NCBI GenBank assembly: GCA_026770705.1
Contig: JANJGN010000009.1
Coordinates: 61,256,001 to 61,320,000 of the forward strand
DNA from: Isurus oxyrinchus
Taxonomy: Eukaryota
DNA length: 64,000 nt
Direction of reading: 5' to 3'
Position numbers and translations under genes: made by a program. This document shows, one piece after another, positions 37,301 to 48,645 of the stretch (its first letter is position 1; every line of letters starts with the position of its first letter). The notes under the pieces are model-generated. The model made no database searches. It saw only the letters and a program-made list of their open reading frames with translations, and was not told the origin of the DNA.

Positions 37301-39405
37301 CCAATCAGAGGCTCACAGTTCCCCATTACAGGCAGCACTCGGGGGCGGTGATTGCTACCAGAAATCCACCAGGGAGAGGATCATTGAAGGGCCCAGGCCA
37401 CAGGCGAGTGAAGGTAGAATGGGAGTTGTGGGATGGGGTTGCAGGAGGGGTGTGCAAAGGGAGACAAGGGTAGGAGGAACTTTTCAGAGGCACCCCCTCC
37501 TTCCCAATACCAGGCCCCTGATTGGGCAATAACTGCCTTTGAATGAGGGACATCCCCTAGAAGATAAACTCAACAGGATTTGCTAGGTGAGCTTCAGGAG
37601 GGACAGGAAAGCTATGCCACTTGCATGCAATCCCAGAAGCACCACTAAATTCCAGCGCATTCAAGGGATAAATAGTTTCAATTGGCAAGCCTAATTGACA
37701 ACATGCTGTGAGTGGGCAAGTTTCCCCATGGGCCCATTCCCACCTCCAACTTTATCATGGAAGGTTTTCCTGCCATTGGAAACTGATGTGTGAACTTTCC
37801 TGTAATTAAGAGGGCACGGCACCATGTTTCTGGCTGCAATATGCTGCATGATAAATCCGGCCCAATGTCTCTTATGGAGACAGCGAATGTGGGATCCTTT
37901 TTGTCAAATATTTTAAGTGAGACTCTATGCAAGGGGTGTACTGAAGATATTATGTGGATAATCATTCATTGTGGGGCAACGTTCACCTGATGAAAAGTGT
38001 GAGTGAGAAAAGCTTACGGATTGATGTTGCTGTGTTTGAAAAACGTGCTGGAGAGAAAGGAAATCTTGAAAATTAAATGGCTGAATGCAAATCATTAACT
38101 GATTATTTTACAAAAAATGAATGTTTATATGAAGAAACTGATCGGGATCCTGGAGGAGTGGCATTTCACAATGCAATACTTTGTACCGAATATGGAGGGT
38201 TTCAGTTTGCATATGTCTAAACATTTTGGTATCCATGTTAATTTAATTTTCATGTAAAGAGAAAAAAGGGAATCTGTTAATTGAATAATAATTGTGTTTA
38301 ACTATATACAGCTGGAGGCTATTTCACTTGAGTGAATTTAAAGTGACACTTATTAAAACTTTGGCATGGTTGAGTTTGGAGGTGGAAGCTTGTAATATTT
38401 AACCCTGTGAATAAATGTAAGACTGAGTAACGTAAGATGCTTCACCAACTAGCTGTCCGGACATGAAAAGAATCACAAAATTGTTTCAGTGCTGAAGGAG
38501 GCCGTTTGGCCCATTGTGTCTGTACTGGCTCTCTGAATGAGCTATTCCCTCACCTCCTCCATGTAACCCTACACATTCTTCCTTTTCAGATAACAGTTTA
38601 ATTCCCTTTTGAATGCTTCAATTGAACCTGCCTCCACCACATTCCCATGCAATGTATTCCACACATTAACCACTTGCTGCAAGATTTTTCCTCCTATCAT
38701 TTTTGCTTCTTTTTACTAATTACTTTAAATCTTTGCCCTCTTGTTCTCAATCCTTTCATGAGTGGGAACAGTTTCTGCCTATCTACTCTGTCCATACCCC
38801 TGATGACTTTGAATATCTCTATCAAATTTCCTCTCAGCCTTCTTTTCTCTAAGGAAAACAGTACCAACTTCTCCAATCTATCTTTATAACTGGATTTCCT
38901 CATCCCTGGAGTCATTCTCATTAATTGTTTCTGCAACCTCTCTAATATCTTCACATTCTTCCAAAAATGCGATGCCCAGAAGTTAACACAATATTCTAGC
39001 TGAGACCAAATGCGCACTTATTCAAGTTCAACATAAACTCCTTGCTCTTGTACTCTCTGCCAATATTGATAAAACCCAGGATGCTGTATGCTTTATTAGT
39101 TGCTCTCTCCAGCCGTCCTGCCACAGTCTATGGCTTGTGCACATATACTCCCAAGTTCCTCTGCTCCTGCACCCCTTTTAAAATTGTACCCTTTTATTTA
39201 TATTGTCTCTCCATGATCTTCCTACCAAAATACATCAGTTCACATTTCTCTGCATTGAACTTAATCAACCACTTGTCTGCCCATTCCACCAACTTCTGTA
39301 TGTCTTTTTGAAGTTCTACACCATCCTCCTCAATTTACAATGCTCCCAAGGTTTGTACCATCTGCAAGCTCTGAAATTGTGCCCTGTTCACCAAAGCAGA
39401 GGGCA

Positions 39406-39407
<2 letters not shown>

Positions 39408-39447
<40 letters not shown>
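39408..39447. repeat. (TA)n microsatellite
   Basis: About 19 AT units. Confidence 0.95.
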
Positions 39448-39450
<3 letters not shown>

Positions 39451-40140
39451 GAAAGCAAGGGTCCTAAACACTGACCTTTGGGAACTCCACTACAAAACAT
39501 CCCACCAACATGAAAAACATCCAGTAATCACTACTGTTTGTTTCCTGTTGCTCAGCCAATTCCGTCCATGTTGCAACTGTCCCTTTTATTCCATGAGCCA
39601 TAACTTTGCACATAAGTCTGTTGTGCAGGACTGTATCAAACACCTTCTGAAAGTCCATGTATGTTTTATAGCTGGATATCCATTGACCTAATCAAGCAGC
39701 AGAAGAAATTCTGTGAATCACAACTGTTTTATTGTAAAACTATAGTTCAGTACAATACCAGTTTCTACTCTTCCCTTCTGGATCCTTTCCCTGTCCAGAA
39801 GCAAATTGTCCATGTGATTATTAATTTTGTCCTGAATTATTGTTTCTAGAAGTTTCCCCACCACTAAAGTTAAACTGACTGGCCTGTAGTTGCTGGGCTT
39901 ATCTTTATTTTTTGAACAAGGGTGTAATGTTTGCAATTCTCCTGTCCTTTGGGACCACCCCTGAGTCTAAGGAAGACTGAAAAATTATTGTCAGTCCTCC
40001 GCAATTTCCATTCTCATGTCTCTCACTATCCTTGGATGCATCTCGACCTGTCCCAGTGCCTTATCAATTTTAAGTACAAGTAGCCTGTCTAATACCTCCT
40101 CTTTTTCAATTTAAAACCCACCTAGTGTCTGAATTACCTG

Positions 40141-40230
40141 CGAAGGGTCATGAGGACTCGAAACGTCAACTCTTTTCTTCTCCGCCGATGCTGCCAGACC
40201 TGCTGAGTTTTTCCAGGTAATTCTGTTTTG
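40141..40230 (+). mobile_element. 90-bp PLE insert (truncated HHR + 5'UTR)
   Basis: Near-identical to the reverse complement of ~2139-2228; flanked by the direct repeat GTCTGAATTACCTG (40127-40140 and 40231-40244). Confidence 0.9.
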
Positions 40231-41381
40231 GTCTGAATTACCTGTTGTTTTACCATGACATTTTCTTTCTTGGGAAAGACAGATGCCCAGTATTCATTAA
40301 ATGTTTCAGCTATGCCCTCCGCCACCACCTGTAAATCCATTATCAGGCCCTAATCGATGCTACTCCTCCTTTTACCGTCCTTTTATTATTTATATTCCTA
40401 TAGAAGGATTCCTTTTTATGTTAGCTGCCAGTCTCTTTTCATACTTTATCTTTGCTTCTGTTATTTGTTTCTTCACCTCTCTTCTGAAGCTTCTATATTC
40501 AGCTTGGTCTTCAATTGTACTTTCTATCTGATACCTGTCATAAGAATACGTTTCCTTCTTTATCTTAATTTCTATCTCCCAACCAGGGAGCTCTGGATTT
40601 GTTTGCCCTACACTTCTTTTCAGAGGGAATGTACCTTGACTGTGCCTGAATTATCCCATGTTTTGAGATAACCCATTGATCAGCTTCTATTTTTCCTGCC
40701 AACCTTTGACTCCAATTTATTTTGCCCAGATCCATTCTTACCCGATTGAAGTTGGCTTTTCTCCAGTTATTTTTTTTTTCTTACTCTGGACTGTCCTTTG
40801 TCCTTTTCCATAGTCCGCCAAAACTTTATAATATAATGATTGCTGACCCCTAAATGTTCTCCTATTGACTCTTGACCATCTTGATCTGCCTCATTTCTAA
40901 GAACTACATCTAGCAGTGCCCCCTTCCTCATTGGATTAGAAACGTACTACAATAGAAAATTTCCCTGAACACATTTTAGGAACGCTTTCCCCTCTCTTCC
41001 CTTTACACTATTATTATCCCAGTCTATATTTGGACAAATAAAGTCCCCCATTATAAGTGCTCTATAGTTTTTGCAACTCTGTGATTTCCTTGTAAATTTG
41101 TCCTTCTACACTCTTCCCACTAATTGGTAGGCTATAGGCTACATCAAGCAATGCAAATGCACCTTTTTTTGGTCCTTACCTCTAGCCAGATAGCTTCTGT
41201 CATTGATCCCTGTGGGACATTCTGTTTCTCCAGAATTGCAATGTTCTTCTTAATCAATACTGCCACTCCTCTTCGTTTTCTTTCTTTCCTATCTTTCCTG
41301 AACACCTAGCATCCAGGGATATTTAACACCTAGTCCTGCCCTTCTTTCAGTCAGATCTCTGTCATATTTCCACATAGCAGT

Positions 41382-44300
41382 TGTTCTGAGAAGCATCCTT
41401 CTTCCTTGGACTCCAGGGGTGGGTCTTGGTTCTTAGACAGCCTGTTGACAAACTCCGGTAATGCTCAACACTTGTTTATTAGTACTACATCTAAACAGGT
41501 TACAGAGTAGATGATTTGTTCCTAGGCATGACTCCGGCCTCTCTCTCTCTCTTGAGAGTCTAACACATGACTGACAGATGTAGTACATCAGTAGTACATC
41601 ATCGTCTATGTCATGCATTAGCAAATCCCATTTGTTGTCACTTTATACTACACACCCCCCCATTTACACAATACTACTTTAAAAAATACATAAAACTATG
41701 TGTTTAACTATTTACCATTACATTTCTGTAACTCCCTTAATTACAGCTATGGATTCTAGCCAACTCCAACTCCTACTCTTCCCCCTCCTCCAGTCACTTG
41801 GGGAATTAAATCTCCCCCATACTCTTAATCTTTAAGGAAGATGTCTTGAAGACATTAGGATTTTCTTTTGCATCTGGTAGGATATCATCATCTGCAGAAT
41901 AGGACAACACTCTGCATCCCAGCAATGCTGACAGCAATGTTGCTAGAGCATAGGTTTCGGGGTGACTGAACTGCAAGGAGAATGAAGATTTTTCAATGAT
42001 AGACTGATCCAAAAGAGAAGACTGAAGAGAATTGATCTTTGGACCCCCAGGGATTGAAGAGAAGAACTCAGAACACTCTGAGGAACTTGGTGCACCCTCT
42101 AAGGGCTCTGGGAAGAAGCTTCAGAAGAGGAATGATCTTCAACTCCTGGGAAGACTATCACAGCTGTATCATCCACTGCTGAATCAAAGACTGAAAAGGC
42201 ATTCAAAATCTGAGATTTCAATGAACTTAGATAACAAAGGAAAAAAAATGAAAAAAAAAAACAATTAGCCTTTCAGGAAAAGATGAAGTGGTGAGTTCCC
42301 AATGATATTCCAGGAGGACAGTCTACTTTCTGTAGGCAGTGATGAGAGCCACACTTCTTGCTGGATGAGGTTGCTCCAACATAGACAATGGGACGAGTTG
42401 CTGAGAATATGGAGACAAGACAGCCTCATCTTCTGTAATGAGAGGAATTTCCTGTAGACAATTAACTCTGGGATAAGATTGCTATACAGGATTCTGCAGC
42501 TTCAGAAGCACTAAAAGCTCTGCATCAACTTCTGTGCTGACCTCCAGCTGTGAAGAGAAGACGACTTTCAGCCAGGACTGAAGCATGGGCAGCAATTGAT
42601 TTTCACCCTGGGAAGGTACCAGTTCTTGAGCAGTGTGATCCTTTATGGACTCTAACTTGGACTCAGGTAAGGCAACCTCTGTGGAAGACTCTTCATGAAC
42701 AAAAGGAGATAAAGTAGGCAACACATTGGTAGATTCAGTGGAACTAAGATCAGAATGCTGTTCAGCCAATAAAAGCACAGCTGATTCTTCTACAAAGGCA
42801 ACAGAGATTTCATAAGGTCCAGCCAATAATGGGAAAGATGAATCATTCTATAGGACCTCAATCTCCAAGAGGTCACTCAGTACTGCAGGGGTATCTTCCT
42901 CATCACTCTCTAGGAAGAGCCAATTCAGGTCCAATTCAGGTCCAACAGGTCTTTATTGGGATGGTCACCATCTGCTGCAGTGCTTTGTGTATCACCACTC
43001 TAGCATTACTTCATGAAGAACTGAATGATTCATAACTTCCATATCTGCCCTAGGATATGGATGGCATCTCTGTGAAAGAAAGGAACTTACTGATGAGTTT
43101 CTCAGCTTCTGATGGCTGAATTTCTGTTGCTTCTAAATAAAAGCTTGAAGACTGTTGCAAGAAAGGAGTTGTTCAAATGATGAGCTTTATCTATTTTTTC
43201 TAGGATTCCTAGAAGTATGCCAACATCACCATTCAATAGGAATGTGCATTGATTGTGAAGAACAGAGAGATCTGTCGAATATTGTAACTGATAGCAGCAA
43301 TAATCCTGCATTTGATTGGAAGGTCTATACTACCTGGACCTTGTAACTTGATGTCTGATGCTTGAAGGGTCATTGGCTGAAGCCAGTTGAGGTCATTTGC
43401 TCATGTGTTAACAGCAGCACCAGTATCAATTTTAAGAGTAGAATTGAAGCCTTGAACTTGGACTCTAACTGACTGATAGTCTGGATTAAGACTTTCTATT
43501 TCCATTAGGAGCTCTGTAATTTTGTCTTTGTCTTGACTTTCCATTTCTTGGAAGGAATGTGTTTCATAATTTCTTTCTGGTCTTCAACTTTTATTGGAGT
43601 GATTGGATTTGTAAAAAAGCTGGAAACATCTAGTTTTTCCACACTGGAAGCATTCCATGCCTCCTGATTGGCAGTCCTAGCGTCTATGCTTGTTTTTCAT
43701 GCCACCGCACTTTCATGCCCTTTTGCACGGTTTGGCGAACTCCCACTCTGCGTCCTCTCTGCGGGCCCTCAAGGCAGTCAAATGGGCGGGGCAAGGGCAG
43801 GGAATCCTCACCAGGTATGGTCACTGTTACGTCTCTCCAGTGTGCCTCTTCTGTTGACTTTTTGCGAGCTTCTTTTAAAGGTTTCTTCACTCTGTGGTTC
43901 TTTCGATGACACTGATGCATCTTTTACATCAATGTCTCCACTGCTGCTACCATGATTTGAGATGGGTCCTTCTACCTTGGACGAAGCATGGAACTTGGTT
44001 CTTAGAAAGATTGTAAATATACTTTGGTATCTGCTTAACACTTGTTTATTAGTACTATGTCTAAACAGGTTACAGAGTAGGCATGTTGCTCCTAGGCATG
44101 ATTCCAACCTTTCTCTCTCTCTTGATTCTAACACATGACTGATTGATGTCAGTGTCAGGAAGGGATATTAATATATGTGTAATGATATTGGAAATTATTT
44201 TTTTTTAAATAAAGGTTTAGTCTGTGTGTGTGTGTTAATTGGATTAAAGCCATCTAGCCTAGGTGATTTGATGTATAGTAGTTTTGAGATGTAAACAGTG

Positions 44301-44965
44301 GTTAGGGGGTATATTTGCATTTTGTTGAATAGAGCATTCAAGAGTGGGAGTGAAACCTTGCACCTAGCTGGGAGACACCAAGCAATGTTTACATTACAAA
44401 TAAAATTGGTACTATGAAAGGGGCTCAAAGGGTCCGGTAATATAATGAAAATTTACATTTAAAGGGGAAGGCTGGGTATCACAGAAAGGGGTTTTTGTGT
44501 GTGCAGGTCAGAAGCATGTAAGATCTAAGTCTGTAAGCCTACAACTGTCAGCAAAGGAACCAAATTGAAAGGAACCTCACTTTGAACTTGCAAGCTGAAA
44601 ATGCTTTGCCTTGTGTCTGTTTAATTCTACTGATTTTGTTGCCTTAGTGGAGATTAATTTGAGAATTTGTTAAAAGTTATTATAGCAGTAATTTGTAGCC
44701 ATGTGCATGTGTTTAATTTGCTGTAAATTAATAAATATCTCATTTAGTTTGATCTAAAAACTGCTCGAGAACAGTTGGTATTGTTCCTGAATTTAGGGCT
44801 ACAACTCAAAACATCCAATTGAAAATAAAGGTTATGACAGTTGTTTAAAGTTTCCCTCTGGGATTTTAAATAACTAAACCTTATAAACTGTATCATAACA
44901 GTCAGTAGGACATCATAATCTAAGTCATATATTAGCATATGCCATCTGAGCCCCTTTATACTACA
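41382..44965 (-). mobile_element. Non-autonomous Gypsy-like LTR element (gag Zn-knuckle + protease relic, no recognisable RT)
   Basis: LTRs 41382-41652 and 43953-44965 (the latter split); TSD GCAGT/GCAAT; PBS-like TGGTAGCAG; PPT GGGGGGGTG; protease LKIDTGAAVN at ~43410-43440; CFQCGK at ~43635-43655. Confidence 0.8.
44153..44900 (+). mobile_element. Solo LTR
   Basis: TG...CA termini and perfect 5-bp TSD GTCAG; inserted in the LTR of the host element. Confidence 0.85.
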
Positions 44966-45042
44966 GCAATCTACACCTGTAACACACCAATCTTATTTAC
45001 TATACTCCAGGCATTTGTATGCATGCACAGTAACCCTAATTT

Positions 45043-45168
45043 AGGGTGGGATTTTCTGGCTCTGCCCACTGATGGGATCTTCCAGTCCTGCCAAAGTCAA
45101 TGAGCTTTTGGCTGGCTCGCTGCATCCTCCACAATGTGATCCGTGACACAGGGGCCAGAAAATCCCAG
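45043..45168. mobile_element. Short MITE (~125 bp)
   Basis: TIRs TGGGATTTTCTGGC / GCCAGAAAATCCCA. Confidence 0.7.
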
Positions 45169-47660
45169 TTTAGAATCTATTACTTTCTCCTTTACACTTA
45201 TCCAAGCTATTAACTTACTATTCCCTACTCTAGTGCTATATATCTCCTCCTGTATTCTGTGCACCTTGATATTCCTTTTGGATATTATCCCCTGTTTCCC
45301 ATACCCCTGCCGAGTTAGTTTAACCCCTCCCCAACAGCACTAGCAAAACACCCAGCAAAGAACTCTGTCCTAGCTCTTTTCAGGTGCAGCCCATTTGGTT
45401 TGTATAGGTCCCACCTTCCTCAGAGCAGTCCCAATGCTGCATGCATCTAAAGCCTGCCCTCCTGCATCATCTTGCCAGTCACACATTAATCTGCCTTATC
45501 CTCTTATTTCTGTACTCACTTGCACATGGTACTGGGAGTAATCTGGAGATAACTACTTTTGAAGTCCTGTTTGCTAATTTTCCACCTAACTCCCTAAATT
45601 TAGACTGCAGGACCACATCCCTCTTTCTACCTATGTCGTTGTTACTGATGTAGACCAGGACTGTTGATTGTTCACTCTCCCCCTTCAAGGTGCTTTTCAG
45701 CCCTTCAGTAACATCTTGATCCAGGCACCAGGGAGGCAAAACAATATTTTAGATTTATGTCTGCAGCCACAGAAACATCTGTCTATTCCCCTAAGTATTG
45801 AATCACCTATTACTATCACTCTTCCAGACTTTCTTGAACTCGCAGTGCAGCTGAGCCATGTGAGGATTGCTATCTGAAAAGAAAGAATATGCAAGGTAAT
45901 GGGGATAAGGCAGGGAAGTGGGACTAGGTAGAATGCTTCTTCAATTAGCCAGTGCAGGCTTGATAGGCAGAATTGCTTCCTTCTGCACTGTAAAGATTCT
46001 GTGCTTCTGCAGTGCCATGGATTTCGCTCTGGCTGCATTCCCCAGATGAACGATCACTCTCAACAATATTCAGAGCTGAATGCTTGTTGGACAGTGGATG
46101 CACTCAGAGGACAACTGCTGTACCTGCTTGTTTCTTTTTGACTGTCTGGTGATCACCCATTCTCTCCCTGCCTGCATAATCTTAAGTTTTGGGGTGACTA
46201 CATCTATAAATGTGCAATCCATATAGCTTTCAGCCTCACTGATGCAGTGCAACGACACCAGCTGCTGCTTAAGTTCCAAAACCTGAAGCTCAGGCTGCTG
46301 CAACTAATGCCACTTGTTGCACAAAAGATGATCCAGGACATGGGAAGCATCCAGGAGTTCCCACATCATACAGGATGTTGCACTCTCGAGGTTGGAGAAG
46401 CCCTGCCATGTCTCTATGTATTAACTGATAACCTTGTTACTAAGAATAAATTTTGCTGCTGGGAATAAACCTTACCAATACTAATAAAGCTTTACCAATA
46501 CTCATAAAAATTACAAATATCAATAAATCTTATGAATACTGAGAAACCCTACCAAAACTTAGTACACCTTATTAGTGCTAATAAACCTTACTTAAGAATA
46601 AAAGATAAGGCTCACCAGCCAATCACTTGTTATTTGCTACTAATAATTAATATTTTTAACAGTTTTAAACTTCCAGTTGTTTAGACTCAGTCCCTAAGCA
46701 GCAATACTCGCCAGCCGATCACCACCTGATTTTCTTGTGATGTCACTCTTCACTTCTTTCAAACTCAAGGCATTCTTGCTCTTTTCTGCCTTTCTTCCCA
46801 AAAGTAAGTGGTGGAGGCTTCACTCCTTGGGTTGTATTTATCCACTCCCTAGCTGTGTATCTCCTGCAAGTGCAGCTCTCCTCTCGAAGTTAAAGAAGAA
46901 AGAATATCCAAATTATATTTTAGTAGATTTTTCATCAATGTTACATATGCCATCAGAGCAAACAAAATAATCATTTTCTATATGAATAACACTAAGAAAC
47001 ATTTGAAGCAAGTAATTAACTCTTCAGTCTATACATTTTGAACTACATTTTGAAAGCAATGCTGAGCTACATGCATAATAGGTTTGAAGTTACTGGTGTG
47101 AGAAAATCAGTTTCCAGTTTGAGTGAAGGTTTTACTGATGAAGTTAAGAAAAAGTTAAATTTATAATTTTCCAGTTGTCAGTAAAGCTGTTGCCTCTTTT
47201 CTTCTGATTAGGAAATAGAAGTTGGATAGAAAGCTGAGTTCTGCCAGTCAGAATTGTCCACCACACGTGAAACCAGATGGAAATATCTATTGCTGTTTTC
47301 GAAGGCTGAATTTAGTCAAATCTGGTGCCAGTAAGGTCTTACTGATAATGCATACTTACTCTTAATAGATATTGAATTGCAAAGATTGTTTGTTGGTGTA
47401 GTTTAACCATTGCACCATTGTCTTTTGTTAAATCGAGGACAATTGTTCCATTGGAAGGAAGGAATGAGATGTAACATCATTCAGTAACAAAAAAGATGAA
47501 GCAAAAATAGAAAGATACCAGGGTAAAAGGCTTTGTAAACTAAAAATGAATTATCTTAGTTTGTCAGAAAGATAGCATCCGTGGAGGTGTAGTTGAGTGG
47601 GAAGGTGATCACAGTGACCTGTGAGTTGATTGTTATACAGATGGACATTATTCTAAACAA

Positions 47661-47835
47661 AACAAAAACAGAATTACCTGGAAAAACCCAGCAGGTCTGG
47701 CAGCATCGGCGGAGAAGAAAAGAGTTGACGTTTCGAGTCCTCACGACCCTTCGACAGATGCTGCCAGACCTGCTGGGTTTTTCCAGGTAATTCTGTTTTT
47801 GTTTTGGATTTCCAGCATCCGCAGTTTTTTTTGTT
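47661..47835. mobile_element. Young fold-back PLE insert containing an HHR motif (47723-47756, minus)
   Basis: Near-perfect inverted arms; flanked by the direct repeat ATTATTCTAAACAA (47647-47660 and 47836-47849). Confidence 0.9.
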
Positions 47836-48214
47836 ATTATTCTAAACAATCCCATTTAAAAAAAAGTAGTACATAAATTGTCTAGAACATCATATAAACT
47901 TTTAATAAGAAACTGATTGAAGGTTACTTGGTGTATATTACGAGATTCAATTATTTGTCAACAGCAGAAGAATAACACTGCAGGATTGCCAAAAATGTCA
48001 AGTGCATTTAGCTGAAGGCACTTTGGGTGGAATTGTATCAACCACACAAAGGCAGCTTTAAAAGCGGGAGGGTCAGGAATTCCTCAAAATTGTGCATTGG
48101 GTCATCTACCTGATGCATTCCCTGCTTCCAAGCATTTTAGCCAGAGGTAGGGTCAGACTGGCTACCCACCAGCAATGGCAGCTAGCCAATTAAGGTCAAT
48201 TAAGTGGCCACTTA

Positions 48215-48645
48215 AGTGGCTGGGGCCTCAATTTTTTATGATTTATATAAATGACGTGGATGAAGGGACCAAAGGACTGGTGGCTAAATTTGCTAACCAC
48301 ACAAAGGTAGGTAAGAAAGTAAGTTGTGAAGAAGATGCATGGAGGCTACAAAGTGAAATAGATAGGTTAAATGAGTGAGCAAAAATCTAGAAAACAAAAT
48401 ATAATGTGGGCAAATGTGACATTGTTCATTTTGGTAGGAAGAATAAAAAAGCTTATTATCTAAATGGTGAGAGATTGCAGAGCTCTGAGATTCAAAGGCA
48501 TCTGGTGTCCAATGCATGAATCACAAAAGGTTAGTATGCAGGTACAGCAGGTGATCAGGAAATCTAATAGAATGTTATCATTTATTGTGCAGGCAATTGA
48601 TTACATAAGTAGGGAGGTTATGCTTCAATTATATAGGGCATTGCT
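48215..48645 (+). mobile_element. CR1 RT fragment
   Basis: LGPQFFMIYINDV..VAKFANHTKVG; EVMLQLYRAL. Confidence 0.85.

Larger units (their letters stand above)
38470..46800 (-). mobile_element. Near full-length decayed CR1 LINE carrying nested insertions
   Basis: ORF2 relics (LEYCVNFWASH..LERLQK, LFSLEKRRLRGNLIEIFK, MDFQKVFDTV, NYRPVSLTLVVGKLLE) and SGNH-esterase ORF1 relics (VIVIGDSILRGID, LPGA, NNDIGRK, VVISRLLPVP); interrupted at 40141-40230, 41382-44965 and 45043-45168. Confidence 0.88.

Noticed and set aside
34900-37870. GC-richer blocks with 60-147 aa ORFs
   Set aside because: Look like decayed MITE-type repeats (TTAATTAA/GGCC palindromic cores); the ORFs lack motifs and boundaries could not be fixed
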